Of a stretch of DNA of 64,000 nt, positions 30,601 through 41,821 are shown piece by piece. The stretch's first letter is position 1, and the number at the start of each line of letters is the position of its first letter. A model generated the notes under the pieces. That model did not search any database. It was not told the origin of the DNA and worked only from the letters and a program-made list of their open reading frames with translations. This DNA is from Sminthopsis crassicaudata (taxonomy: Eukaryota). A program made the position numbers and the translations under genes. The stretch covers positions 29,173,772-29,237,771 of the forward strand of contig NC_133620.1 in assembly GCF_048593235.1 (NCBI RefSeq), in the 5' to 3' direction.

Positions 30601-33600
30601 TATAATCAGTATCTCAGAACTACTGTCTAGTTTTATCTTTAAGGGCAAGAAAGCAAACAAAAAGAAACACCAAAGAACCATTCTTTTAACCTAATAATAT
30701 CATGGATAAAGGAAAAAAATCATTTTTCATTTTCTTGGTCCACAATATTGCTTATAGAGATGGAATAAGCATTCCAAACTATTGGTACTCCCAACACAAG
30801 CTATTAAACTTGCATTAGTAAAGGCAAAAAGTTCATGAAATCTTTATAAATTCTTGATATTTGGCAAGTTATGCTGTTCAAGGATTTTTAGATGTTCTTA
30901 ATTAAAGGCAGTGAAATTTTTATTGCCTAAGCTAAAAGTAAACAAGTCTCTAGTGCTCAAAAAACAATAGGGTCAGCAGGTCTATTGTCTATTAATACAT
31001 TGCCACAAGTAAATTGCTTAAAAGAAATCTTGCTCTTTGCCTCCCCCCTCCCCCCCAAAAAGCTAACCCTTCCCCCCTCAAACCACCTTTTGAGTAATTC
31101 TGAGATTGTTATGCTCCTTCAATTTCAGAATACATCCCATTTATTTTCTTAGGAGTAAAAATTAAATTAAGTAAGAAGACAGTTATTTGAACAAGGTAGT
31201 GGAGACAACAAATAAATCAATTAAGGACTTTCAATAGGCTATTTCTTGGATGCTGAAAATTAGCTTCTAATACCAAAGTTGAAAGAATTTAAGGCACTGA
31301 AATTGCCAAATCCACCTAGTGAAAAAATTGTGATTTTGGAAATTGAGAAAGTGTGCCCTAACAGGTATTTTGCTATTTAAAAAATCTATCCATAACAGGA
31401 CACTGGATACTTAAAGAGTGATGTAGAGAACATCCAGAAGTACCACAGGATAAAAAAAAAAATGGAGGTGGGGAAGAGATTTCCTGATATTTACTGACAG
31501 GATTGCATTTATTACTTTCCCTCAAGTGGGGGGTCTCTTTGGAAAATCCATATTCAGAAATCTTCCATGTTCATTTTAAGTTGTTCCTCAAGCATGCAGC
31601 TTTGAGGGCTGTAGTGGCTGATCTTTAAGAGGGAATTTAAAGATTTAAGGTATAATCTTAATAGCTTTTGTAGCTAATGAATTTTCCTCATGCTCCTGAA
31701 AAAAAAAAAAAAAAAGGATAAAATATGGAAAAAGCAGTGAGAGTAACCAGATTTTGTTGGTCACTGCATCATCCTCTTTGGTTTGGCGATTTTTTTTTAC
31801 CACTAATAAAATCAAAATTCAGGATGTACCAATTCCAACACATATTAAAGACAAGCAACATCCACAATTTTTAAATGAAATCTCACTTAAGAAAAACACA
31901 TCACATTTTTCATTTAGTGCTTTTGACTACAGTTTGAGTTTAAGCCCAAATTATAAGTCTTCAAAATAATGAAATCATAAATATGGCTGAAATATACAAT
32001 AGCTACAAATAAGAAAAATGAAAAGGGATATTATCATTTGAGATTTTAAAACATGTTTTGGACCTGAAGTTTGTTCAGTTTAAAATTATCTGCATTCTTT
32101 TTTTAAAATGACATTCCCATTATTCCCAACTTGATTTTTTGAATTATTCCCTCATGATTCCATGGTTCAGAAATGCATGCCTTTATAGAAGGAATCTTAC
32201 GATCAATAGGGTTTGGTAAACATTTGAGCATGATATCTAAAGGATACATGGAGAAATGTCTATATAGCACATTATAGCCTACTGAAAAACATAATAGAAA
32301 GTCTTCTCTACTGTGTCCATAGCTGAATGATGCTGTGATTTTATACAAATACATAATACTTTTCTTGTAATGAGTACCATCATTATGCATGTCAAGAGGT
32401 GGTGAATATTCTGAGCCTTCCAAATCCTACAAATTTTGATATTACTTTGAAAATAAAAAACTTCACACACATTTACCAAAAACAATGATTCCAAAACAGA
32501 GGGTAAACTGCAAGACCAACAAGTTTTACAAACATTGGAATTATGTTTTTATTGCCAGAATGTACAAAAACACTGATCCTTTTGTGACTCTGCAATACTG
32601 CCTCTGAATCCCATGAAGCTTCAAAATAACTAAAAATAACATTAAAGTTAGGCATTCCCCCTCCCCCCCACACTAATGGATATGAAGTTTTTTGCCTTGT
32701 TGGTTCAGACCTTATAATGAGTAGCTAAGGTCTGGTTTGAAAGCAATGTATTAGAGAAAAATAACATACAAATTGAGCAATGTACATACTTTGATCTCAA
32801 AGCATTATTTACTATTAAAGAAATAACCAATAAAATTATAAAATATTAGTTGTTTTATCTTTAAATGCATTAAGCATAATGATTTGACTCCATGAACAGT
32901 GTTCTACTGCACCAACTGAAACAAGAGTTAGTCAGAACTTAAGCTTGGAGTTTCACAAAGAGCTATATTTTTAATTACATTGTGGTATTTGAAAATACTT
33001 TAAATTCTCCTGGGCTCTCTCAACTATAGAAACTTAAGAAAATGCATTAGAAAAGCACTAATGGTTCTCAATGCCTGAAATTTACTACGCAAGAAAATGG
33101 AATCTCAATGACGCTTCTGTTGTCATGGTGAATTTTCAATACAGGGAGTGAAAAGTAAGCAAAAAATGGGCAAGATATCCTTATAACATATTCAGAATAA
33201 ACTAAATGAGGACTTCAAGATTTTTATTTGAGCATACAGTACCGTAATGCTGACTATTTAAAAATAAATGAATATATTTGAGAAGCTCAGAGGTTGTATT
33301 GCATCAAAAGGATTTAATACTGGCTATATACAGAAGAGTAAGACCAAAATCCCTAAAGCATTTCAACTGGAAATGCTTCATGTTACCAAGATCTCACTTT
33401 AATATGGCAACATTCAGCAGCTTACCATTTTGACATTTAAAAATGAATAGCGACATTGCTGTTTCCCCCCCTTGTCCTTTGGTTCCCATCAATTTAAATA
33501 ATGCAATAATAATTCTTCTGATTTTCAGCTGGCATTGTTGACCTTCCATGCTTTAGCTGAAATTTGGCAGCCCCAAGAGAGCACCAACTGCTCCAAAGTA

Positions 33601-34590
33601 CCCCTCATGCTCTAGAAACAATGCCTTCAACTGGCCTTTGGACCAATAATCCAATGCATATGCCAAAAGTTTCATTGACAGGGTATTGACACGTAGAAAA
33701 TTTCCAACAAAAACAACTCTATTTATTTTCTCATTACAAGCACACATCCTTGCTACAGAGCCAATGTTATTGGTGATAGTAACTAAAGTAGCTCTTGCTA
33801 GATCTTCTTTACTAACAGACTCTCTCTTGTCCTTATAGATCATGTTCCCAAAGCTAGATGCTACAGCCCATCCTGGCAAACCAAATCTCTCATAATCTCC
33901 TCCGTAAATATCATGGACCAACTTATCAGCATGAGTGCTATCACCTTTGGAAGCCATTTCAAGAGCTTCTTCAAAACTTTCACAGCCAGTCAGTAAGCTG
34001 CATAAACCTAGAAATGTGCCACCTCCCAAGCTTGTTCCAGTAACTCGCTTATAGTTGTCTTTGGAATGGACAGCTAAAATACTAACTCCAGAACCAATGT
34101 TCACGACCTGAAGTGGATATGGGTCATCTAAGTTAAAAGGTATCTTTTGGCATCTTTCAGGTTCTGAGGCATTGGCAAAATAATAGCATTCTGCCTGCCC
34201 ATTAAAACTGACAGAATCTATATATAGCAAGCCCTTTACAAGGCAGTCAAGTTCATTCAGTTTGTGCAGCTGGAGGTTTCCAATCGTGCGAAAATCTTTT
34301 TCAAACTTGTAAGCACCACCTCCAGTAGCACATAGCACCCTGTGTAATGTTGAGAAGTTTTTATCTCTCCCCATTTGGATAAAAGTAGGCAGGTCATGGG
34401 TTGGAAATCTGATAAAGTGCAAGTTCCCTCTTTGGCCAAAGAGTGTCAAATCCTTCAGTTCAAGATGAACATCCCTAACTCCAGTCAACCCATAGGCTAC
34501 ATTAGAAGTCAGATATTTGCGGATACTTTTTAAACTTTCAACTTCTTCTTGCTCCTCCTCTGCTGTGATTTCAATGGGTTCAAAATAAGC
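27688..34590 (-). pseudogene. PANK3: Processed PANK3 retrocopy (5'-truncated CDS plus ~5.85 kb 3' UTR plus poly(A))
   Basis: Intronless PANK3 coding sequence at 34590-33553 ([27 protein letters not shown]...[16 protein letters not shown]). Minus-strand AATAAA at 27718-27723 lies 20 nt before A10 (T-run 27688-27697). Identical 17 bp flanks TCTTCTATACATATTTC at 27671-27687 and 34591-34607. Confidence 0.95.
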
Positions 34591-34602
34591 TCTTCTATAC
34601 AT
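33553..34602 (-). CDS. Open 349-codon chimeric ORF: MYRR from the target site plus PANK3 residues ~26-370 (coding status unknown)
   Basis: ATG at 34602-34600 inside the TSD (GGAAATATGT, A at -3) is in frame, with no stop or frameshift before TAA at 33555-33553. It lacks the DIGGTLVK ATP-binding motif. Confidence 0.3.
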   Translation of the reverse strand: MYRRAYFEPIEITAEEEQEEVESLKSIRKYLTSNVAYGLTGVRDVHLELKDLTLFGQRGNLHFIRFPTHDLPTFIQMGRDKNFSTLHRVLCATGGGAYKFEKDFRTIGNLQLHKLNELDCLVKGLLYIDSVSFNGQAECYYFANASEPERCQKIPFNLDDPYPLQVVNIGSGVSILAVHSKDNYKRVTGTSLGGGTFLGLCSLLTGCESFEEALEMASKGDSTHADKLVHDIYGGDYERFGLPGWAVASSFGNMIYKDKRESVSKEDLARATLVTITNNIGSVARMCACNEKINRVVFVGNFLRVNTLSMKLLAYALDYWSKGQLKALFLEHEGYFGAVGALLGLPNFS

Positions 34603-35255
34603 ATTTCCACAAATATCATGCTGTACAAGAAAAATCAGATCTAAAAGGGAAAAAAATGAGAAGGAAAACAAAAAGCAAGCAAACAATAGCAATATTCCAT
34701 TATATTCGTGAACGACTGTTTAGCTATTGCCCAATGATGGCATCTACTTTGTTTCCAATTCTTAGATATCACAAAAGCTGACAAAAGGAATAAAAATGCT
34801 ATGTTGTGATCCATACTCAGTTCCCACAGTCCTCTCTGTGTGCAGATGGCTCGTTTCATCACAAGATCATTGAACTGGCCTCAGTCATCTCATTGTTGAA
34901 AAGAGCCCCAAGCATCAGAATTGATCCGTTGTATTGTTTTGTTATTGCCGTGTACAGTGATTTCCTGGTTTTGCTCATTTCACTCAGCATCAGTTCATGT
35001 AAGTCTCTCTAGGCCTTTCTGAAACCATCCTGCTGGTTGTTTCTTACAGAACAATAATATTCCATAACATTCATATACCACAACTTATTCAGCCATCCTC
35101 CAATTGATGGGCATCCACTTAGTTTCCAATTTCTGGCCACTACAAAGAGGGCTGTCACAAATATTTTTGCACATGATCTCCTTAGGATACAAGCCCAGTA
35201 GAAACACTGATGGATGAAAGAGTATGCATAGTTTGATAGCCTTTTGGGCATAGTT
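34591..35255 (-). mobile_element. L1 ORF2 end and 3' UTR, right half of the interrupted host element
   Basis: Reverse complement of the family seen at 20690-21475 (FVTALFVVARNWKLSGCPSIG-type translation). Confidence 0.85.
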
Positions 35256-35844
35256 GAGCCCAAAGTTAGTTCTATTCTCTACTGCCAGGTGTTCTCCTTG
35301 TAGCTACTATAAAATTGAAATTTTATTTTAATACTATTGTTAAGACAAAGTGACATGGGCTTAATAGTCTCCCACATTTTGGAAAACTTACCTAAAGGCC
35401 AAATTTTAGTTTGTAATTACTTTCATTCAGTAATCAATTCTGTTGTGTACTGAATCTCCATCTTGGTATTATCTCAGATTGATTCACTCAAACCTATTGC
35501 AGACAACACCCATGTCTGCAAACTAATTCTATCATTTGGGGAATAATCCAATATCCCAGTAAGGAGGTAATAGGGAAGACCTGAGGTGACTTCTTCCTTA
35601 TTAAAATATCTATCATTCATTCTCCATAGTTCTTTTTCTGAATGCAGATTACATTTTCTGTCCAAAGTCTATTGGGATTGCTTTGGATGTTCACTTCCTT
35701 TTTTCTGGTTCCTTTTTTCCCTTCTACCATGGTTTTTCCCTTTTGTTCTGATTTTTCTCTGCCAACATGATTCATAAAGCAATGTGTATTAAAAATGAAT
35801 AAATAAATTAACACCTCTCCAAAAAAATCTACCAATCAGGGTGG

Positions 35845-36060
35845 TCATGTTGTAATGGCAGGCCAGTCAGAAGACACATTTAATAGTGCTTGAGATTTTG
35901 CTCAGTCATCTTGCTGATGGTTATAAAAGACCCTGTCAGCCCTCACTCAGTGTCTTGGTTCCTGAGATAAGCCACTGACTCAATTCATTGGTTTCTGCTA
36001 GCTAGTCTAGTTAATACTTTGACTTTGTCTGTCTTCCAGTTTATCTTAATTTTCTAACAG
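35845..36060 (+). mobile_element. Possible short LTR fragment
   Basis: TG-start and CA-end segment with TATAAAA at ~35921. No TSD verified. Confidence 0.35.
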
Positions 36061-36239
36061 AACACCATTTCCATCTCTCTCTGCTTCCAACAGAACACTG
36101 TTTCCTGCTGGACAAGATGACTCCGCTGATTGGAGAAGGGAAGGAAAGTCACTTCTCCAAACTGTTGACCTCATATATATATACTATCACCTCCTATGCT
36201 TTCTGCATGGACTGCCTTGATTGTTTCCACAATTGGCGA

Positions 36240-36320
36240 GCTTTGCTATATATGCATATATAGTGTATATATGTATATAAATATATTTGCATATATATGT
36301 CTGTGTGTGTATATATATAT
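36240..36320. repeat. (TA)/(TG) dinucleotide microsatellite
   Basis: tatatatgcatatatagtgtatatatgtatataa...tgtgtgtgtatatatatat. Confidence 0.8.
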
Positions 36321-36539
36321 GTTCAAATCAGCCTCAATCACTTAAATAGCTATGTGACCCTGGGCAAATCACTTAACTCTCAGTATCCATATCTGTCAAA
36401 TGAGCTGGACAAAGAAATGTCAAATCACTTCAATATCTTTGCCAAGAAAATCTCAAATGACATCACAAAGTCAGACATGATTGAAACAACTGATCAACAA
36501 CATGAATTTATTACATACAGATCATGTTAAATTTAACAT

Positions 36540-37370
36540 GCCATAAGAAGGAATGATCCATATCCCTGATAACAAGAGAAATGCAAATGAAAACAACTCT
36601 GCAGTTTTATCTCATACCCAGCAAACTGGCAAAGATAACAAAAGGAAAGAAAAGTCCACCATATTGAAGAGGTTGTGAGAAAACAAGCACACAAATACAT
36701 TATTGATAGAGTTGTGAATTAATGTAACTGTTCTGGAAAGCATTTTGGAGATATGCAAATAAAGTAGATAAAATGTCTATACCCTTTGCTTCAGAAATTT
36801 CACGCTAGGAACATGCCCTAAGGATATCACTGACAAAAAGAAAGATGTCATATACACCAAAATATTTATAGCAAGACTTTTCCTATTGCAAAGAACTAGA
36901 AAATGTTTCCATCAAGTAGGGAATGGCTAAACAAATTGTGGCATATGAACATAATGAGGTGGTGTAAGGAACAACAAATAAGATGAATCCAGGGAAGTAT
37001 GGGAAGAGTTTCATGAGCTGATGCTGAGTGAAGTAAACCAATCCATGAAAACAATATATATAATGACCACAATGATGTAAATGGAAAGGACAAAACTAAA
37101 AATAATAAAAAATGAATGAAAAATGGCAAAGAACAAGCATGGCCCCAAAGAAGAGATATGAGAAAATATTTTCCCCTACTACTTGGTAAAAGTGGTGGGG
37201 CATACATATATCATTTTGATGAATTTTTTTGATCCCTTCTTTTAAAAATGTTATTTGAAATAAGAGATTGCTGTCTGATAGAGACAGAAGGAAGCATGCA
37301 GGAAGAAATTTAGCGATGTCAAAACAAAGATATCAATAAAAATCTAATAAAAATAAATTTTAAAAGAAAA
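36540..37370 (+). mobile_element. Older L1 ORF2 end and 3' UTR
   Basis: Diverged match to the gagaaatgcaaat.aaaacaactct...gagttgtgaa motif set. Confidence 0.7.
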
Positions 37371-37381
37371 TGAATATTGCA

Positions 37382-37773
37382 TGTTAGGATTACAAGGTGA
37401 GAACTCAGGTTGTCTGGGCAATTCTCTAGCTCAGAATTCACACCTTTAGTTCCGGCCTTTAGGGGGAGTTTACACCTTTGAACTTCTGAGGAGGAGTTTA
37501 CATATTTAAAGGAGCAAGTTCATTGGTTGAAGTAATTTTCCCACAAGCCCCTGAGTTCTCACATGCCCATTCTTTGAGAGGATAAAAGAGGCAGCATTGA
37601 GTCTGGAGTTAGTCTGACTAGGAGTTTGAGTTTAGATAGTGGTCTGGAAGGAGAGTCTGGCTGGAGGCTCCAGAAGCTTCCTAAGAAACCTGCTCACAGA
37701 GGAAAAGATTTTACAGAAAAGAGATCTCCTCCCAGAGAAGGATTATAATTGAAGAGACGACAGGACCTTTACA
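37382..37773 (+). mobile_element. Solo ERV LTR (392 bp)
   Basis: TGTTAGG...CTTTACA with a perfect 6 bp TSD ATTGCA (37376-37381 and 37774-37779). TATA-like GATAAAAG at ~37581. Confidence 0.85.
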
Positions 37774-38122
37774 ATTGCAAATTATAAAGAGCTAAAGAAG
37801 AGATATAAGAGGTGGAGTGGGGAATCTGAATGATACAGAAATGAAAGACAATAACGATGAAAATTTTCACACAGTAATGCCAGCATTATCCTGCTTGTCT
37901 GGGTTCTCTTCTGAACTTTGTTTACTTCCCTTTTGTGTGTTTAAAAGTATTACATCCATGCACTTTTATTCTTTGTACTCCTAAAAAGCTGTGGGACTTT
38001 TTTCAGACCAAATGCCCCCCTAAATGTATGCCTCTCAATCTTATATTTGTAAAGTTGATTGCTTAAACCCAATAACTTTCATCTTCATCACTAATAATTT
38101 TTTTAGGTTTAGCTCAAAGTTT

Positions 38123-38872
38123 ATTTTTTTTATTAATTTTATAATTATAAAAATTTTTGACAGTATATATGCATGAGTAATTTTTTATAACATTATCCCT
38201 TGTATTCATTTTTCCAAATTATCCCCTCCCTCCCTCCACTCCCTCCCCCCCCATGACAGGTAATCCCATACATTTTACATGTGTTACAATATAACCTAGA
38301 TACAATATATGTGTGTAAATACCATTTTCTTGTTGCACATTAAGTATTAGATTCCGAAGGTATAAGTAACCTGGGTAGATAGACAGCAGTGCTAACAATT
38401 TACATTCACTTCCCAGTGTTCCTTCTCTGGGTGTAGCTGTTTCTGTCCATCATTGATCAACTGGAAGTGAGTTGGATCTTCTTTATGTTGAAGATTTCCA
38501 CTTCCATCAGAATACATCCTCATACAGTATTGTTGTTGAAGTGTACAGTGATCTTCTGGTCCTGCTCATTTCACTCAGCATCAGTTGATGTAAGTCTCTC
38601 CAAGCCTCTGTGTATTCCTCCTGTTGGTCATTTCTTACAGAGCAATATTCCATAACCTTCATATACCATAATTTACCCAACCATTCTCCAATTGATGGAC
38701 ATCCATTCATCTTCCAGTTTCTAGCTACAACAAAAAGGGCTGCCACAAACATTTTGGCACATACAGGTCCCTTTCCCCTCTTTAGTATTTCTTTGGGATA
38801 TAAGCCCAATAGCAGCAATGCTGGATCAAAGAGTATGCACAGTTTGATAACTTTTGGGGCATAGTTCCAAAT
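38123..38872 (-). mobile_element. Young 5'-truncated L1 with TSD
   Basis: 15 bp TSD TTTAGCTCAAAGTTT (38108-38122 and 38873-38887), TTTT/AA endonuclease site, nearly the reverse complement of 63050-63788. Confidence 0.92.
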
Positions 38873-41821
38873 TTTAGCTCAAAGTTTTAACCATCTAAGA
38901 TCTTTTTGATTCCTAGCCATCATCCAGCATGTTGGCTATCCCTCTGTTTGGTGTCATTTGCAAATTTGAAAAGTCTATCATAAATAGCCGAATTATGAAT
39001 AAAGAATATTAAATGAAATAGGACCAAACCCTTGATCTCAAGTAGACAATGGACTTGAAAATAATGACTAGTCTTTTTTATTGTTATATGTTATTACTGT
39101 ATGTAAGTCATATCTTACTCTTCCTGACACCATTTGGGGTTTTCTTGGCAAAGATCCTGGAGTGCTTGGCCATTTCCTTCTCCAGTTCATTTTATAAATG
39201 AGGAAAGTAGGGCAAACAGGGTGAAGTGACTTGCCCAGCTGGAGAGGATCACAGATAGTGGGAGAACTCTGGGGGAGGTATAAGACCCTTCAGCCCAGAG
39301 GGAACCTCTGATCTCCACTCCACAAAATGTCTTCCACTCAGCTGGTGAAATGATTTTTTCCTATAGTTCCGATCATATCCTGTCCCTGCTCACAAGGTGC
39401 AGATAATTTTGCTTTTTACTTATACTTTGCAATTCATATATACACAGGATGGAGAGGCAAAGACACAAGATCGATGAAGCAGATACATAAGAAAGGAGAG
39501 AGAGAAAGAGAGAGGAGGAGAAAGGGAGAGGAAGAGACTCATCCATTTCATTCAACAACCATCTATTAAATGTCTATTGAAAAATTATTGATAACTTTAA
39601 TGTTTAATATTATTGATATATTGATTACTATATAATAATAATGTAGGCTATATAATTAATTATAATTAAATAATAATGATTGGGTGATATCCAGAGTGCT
39701 CTCTTTCTTCTAAAGTCTTGACTAAAAAGTTCTAAAAACTAAAAACTTTCTTGTGCACTTCTTGTCTGCTGTAGGGGAGTGGCCATTGCATTTTGCTCAG
39801 GCTTAGGTGGGGCATAAATCCTCCGAATAGATTACCCAAGGTTGCAGGTGATCTGGGTATAGAGATCAGTCTCTCTAAATGTGACCAGGGTGTCACACAG
39901 ACTCTCACTGAACATCTACTCTTTTGGTCTAAGAGAGATGGTCAAATTGACATCCTTTTATTAATAATGTCTTGGTCTAATTAATAAAATGATCACATTA
40001 TCCAGAAACTGCTATTTGGAATTTTAAAATCACCACACCGTGATGTGTTTAGCGGAAACTGGAGAACAGGACACCATGTCAGAGAGCCTTGGATTCATGG
40101 CCTGCCTTTGACATATTCTGTTGCAGGTCACTAAGCCTTCCTGCCCTAGGCAGTTCTCTAAGCCCTCAAGCTAGCAGAGGAGCCCTCTGCTTTGCTAAAG
40201 GAGTTTTCACCAGAAGTTGCCCACACCAATAAAATCATAGCTCCCATTCATCTTATGCAACTTCTACCCTCAATCTCATCCCTTCTGAACTCATTCCATG
40301 TGTTTGTGTTGAGACGCAAGGACAATATATCAGACAATCGCTGCAATGAAGAAGCTTATATTTTACTTAGAGGGTTATCCAGAGGAAAAGCGGTTAATGC
40401 TCAGGCTATGGGAACTTTGTTTGTGAAATGGCCATATACTGAGAGGAGCAGGAGATAGAGGGAAGGAAGGCGAGATAAAAGTTGGAGAAAAGAGACCACG
40501 ACCAAGAAGAGACAGCAGGAAGACAAAGGCAGGGAGATGAGAGGGAAATATATGTGACAGAAATGGAGAAAAGATGGAGAGACAGAGAAGAGAAACTAGG
40601 TGAACCTTGGAGAAGGTTGGCAGGTCTAGGAGTCCTGAGTGATTTACAGGCCTGGGTGGACCCAGGATCTACTTCCTCTGTTAGGGCTGTATGACAGTGG
40701 AGATAAGGATCCAGATAAGGAATGGGATCAGGCTGGGAGGGAGATCCTCATGACCTTCAGTATCTTGGGCCTGGGCCAGGATAAATGTCCAGCCTGAGTT
40801 TGGGCAGGTCCCCATTCCCCTGTGATCCAGCACTGGGTACTATCCGAGGCAAAGGTTACGGAACCCAATACTCCACTAGAGTGGGTTTTGAACAAGAAAC
40901 TTAGTCCAAACTCATTATCAACAATGACTTTCAAAAGACTGAATTTTTTAGTCAGGACTTTAGGAGGAGGAGAGCACTCTGGACATCCCCAAATCACTGT
41001 ATTGGGAATCTCTAGTCAGGGCTAGGACAATGCCCTCAGAATAAGAGGAAAGGATAGTGATAGAAGGAAAGGGCAGGGGGAGGGGGAACGGGACCACGGG
41101 CAGCCCATGCCTCATACTCTCACCTATTAATCTACTAGTACTCAGAGACCCTTTCCAAGTCATTTCAAGAGACCTCCTGGTTTACAAAGCTTTTTGTAAT
41201 TTACAAACTTGCCAACCACTGGGAGACTGTAATATGTCTGGTCACGGAAGCCCCTCCTTCAACATCCAGTGTCCCTTAAGGTCCCAACGGTGCCAGAATC
41301 ACTAATGAATGCTTTTTGACTGACTCACTATCCATGGAAGAGCCATCCTCTGCCTGCTCCCCCAGGAGAATTCATTCAGATGCTGGGAGAGGAATTTTTA
41401 GCTAAATTTTCAAGTGCCACAGTGGGGTTGGCAGATGTTGGTACCACAAGCCCTGGGCTTCTGCCCACTAGGCTCATCCTGTTTGGTGGGAAAGTCTGGC
41501 CCAGTTTCTAGTCCCTGGATGGGGAAGTTAGTGCAGTGACAGCTTCAATCCATTCTGGCTTTATGGGCCCCAGGCCTGTATTTAATGGGCCTGGGCCACA
41601 CCTCTAGTTCTTTTAACCTCTGCACAGGCTGGATTGGAGGCAGGTCTGGCCAGGAAGGTAAAGAGCCCCGGGATTTAACCCAGTGCAACCTTCCCTCCAC
41701 AGGGATATCTGAGGGGGAGCTTCCTGCTGGAGAGAAGGGGAGAGAAGGGGAGAGGGCCTGGCTGGGCCAGACATGTCTGAGTTGTTCTGGTGCCTGTGTC
41801 CCTGCAGACTCCCAGACATCC

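Noticed and set aside
27688-34590. mir-103 hairpin within the PANK3 copy
   Set aside because: The miRNA is intronic in the parent, and no mature AGCAGCATTGTACAGGG sequence was seen.
33553-34692. 379 aa ORF as the authentic PANK3 gene
   Set aside because: It has no introns, lacks the first ~25 codons, and has a poly(A) and TSD. The listed start is a TTG in L1 sequence, and PANK3 is not part of this syntenic block.
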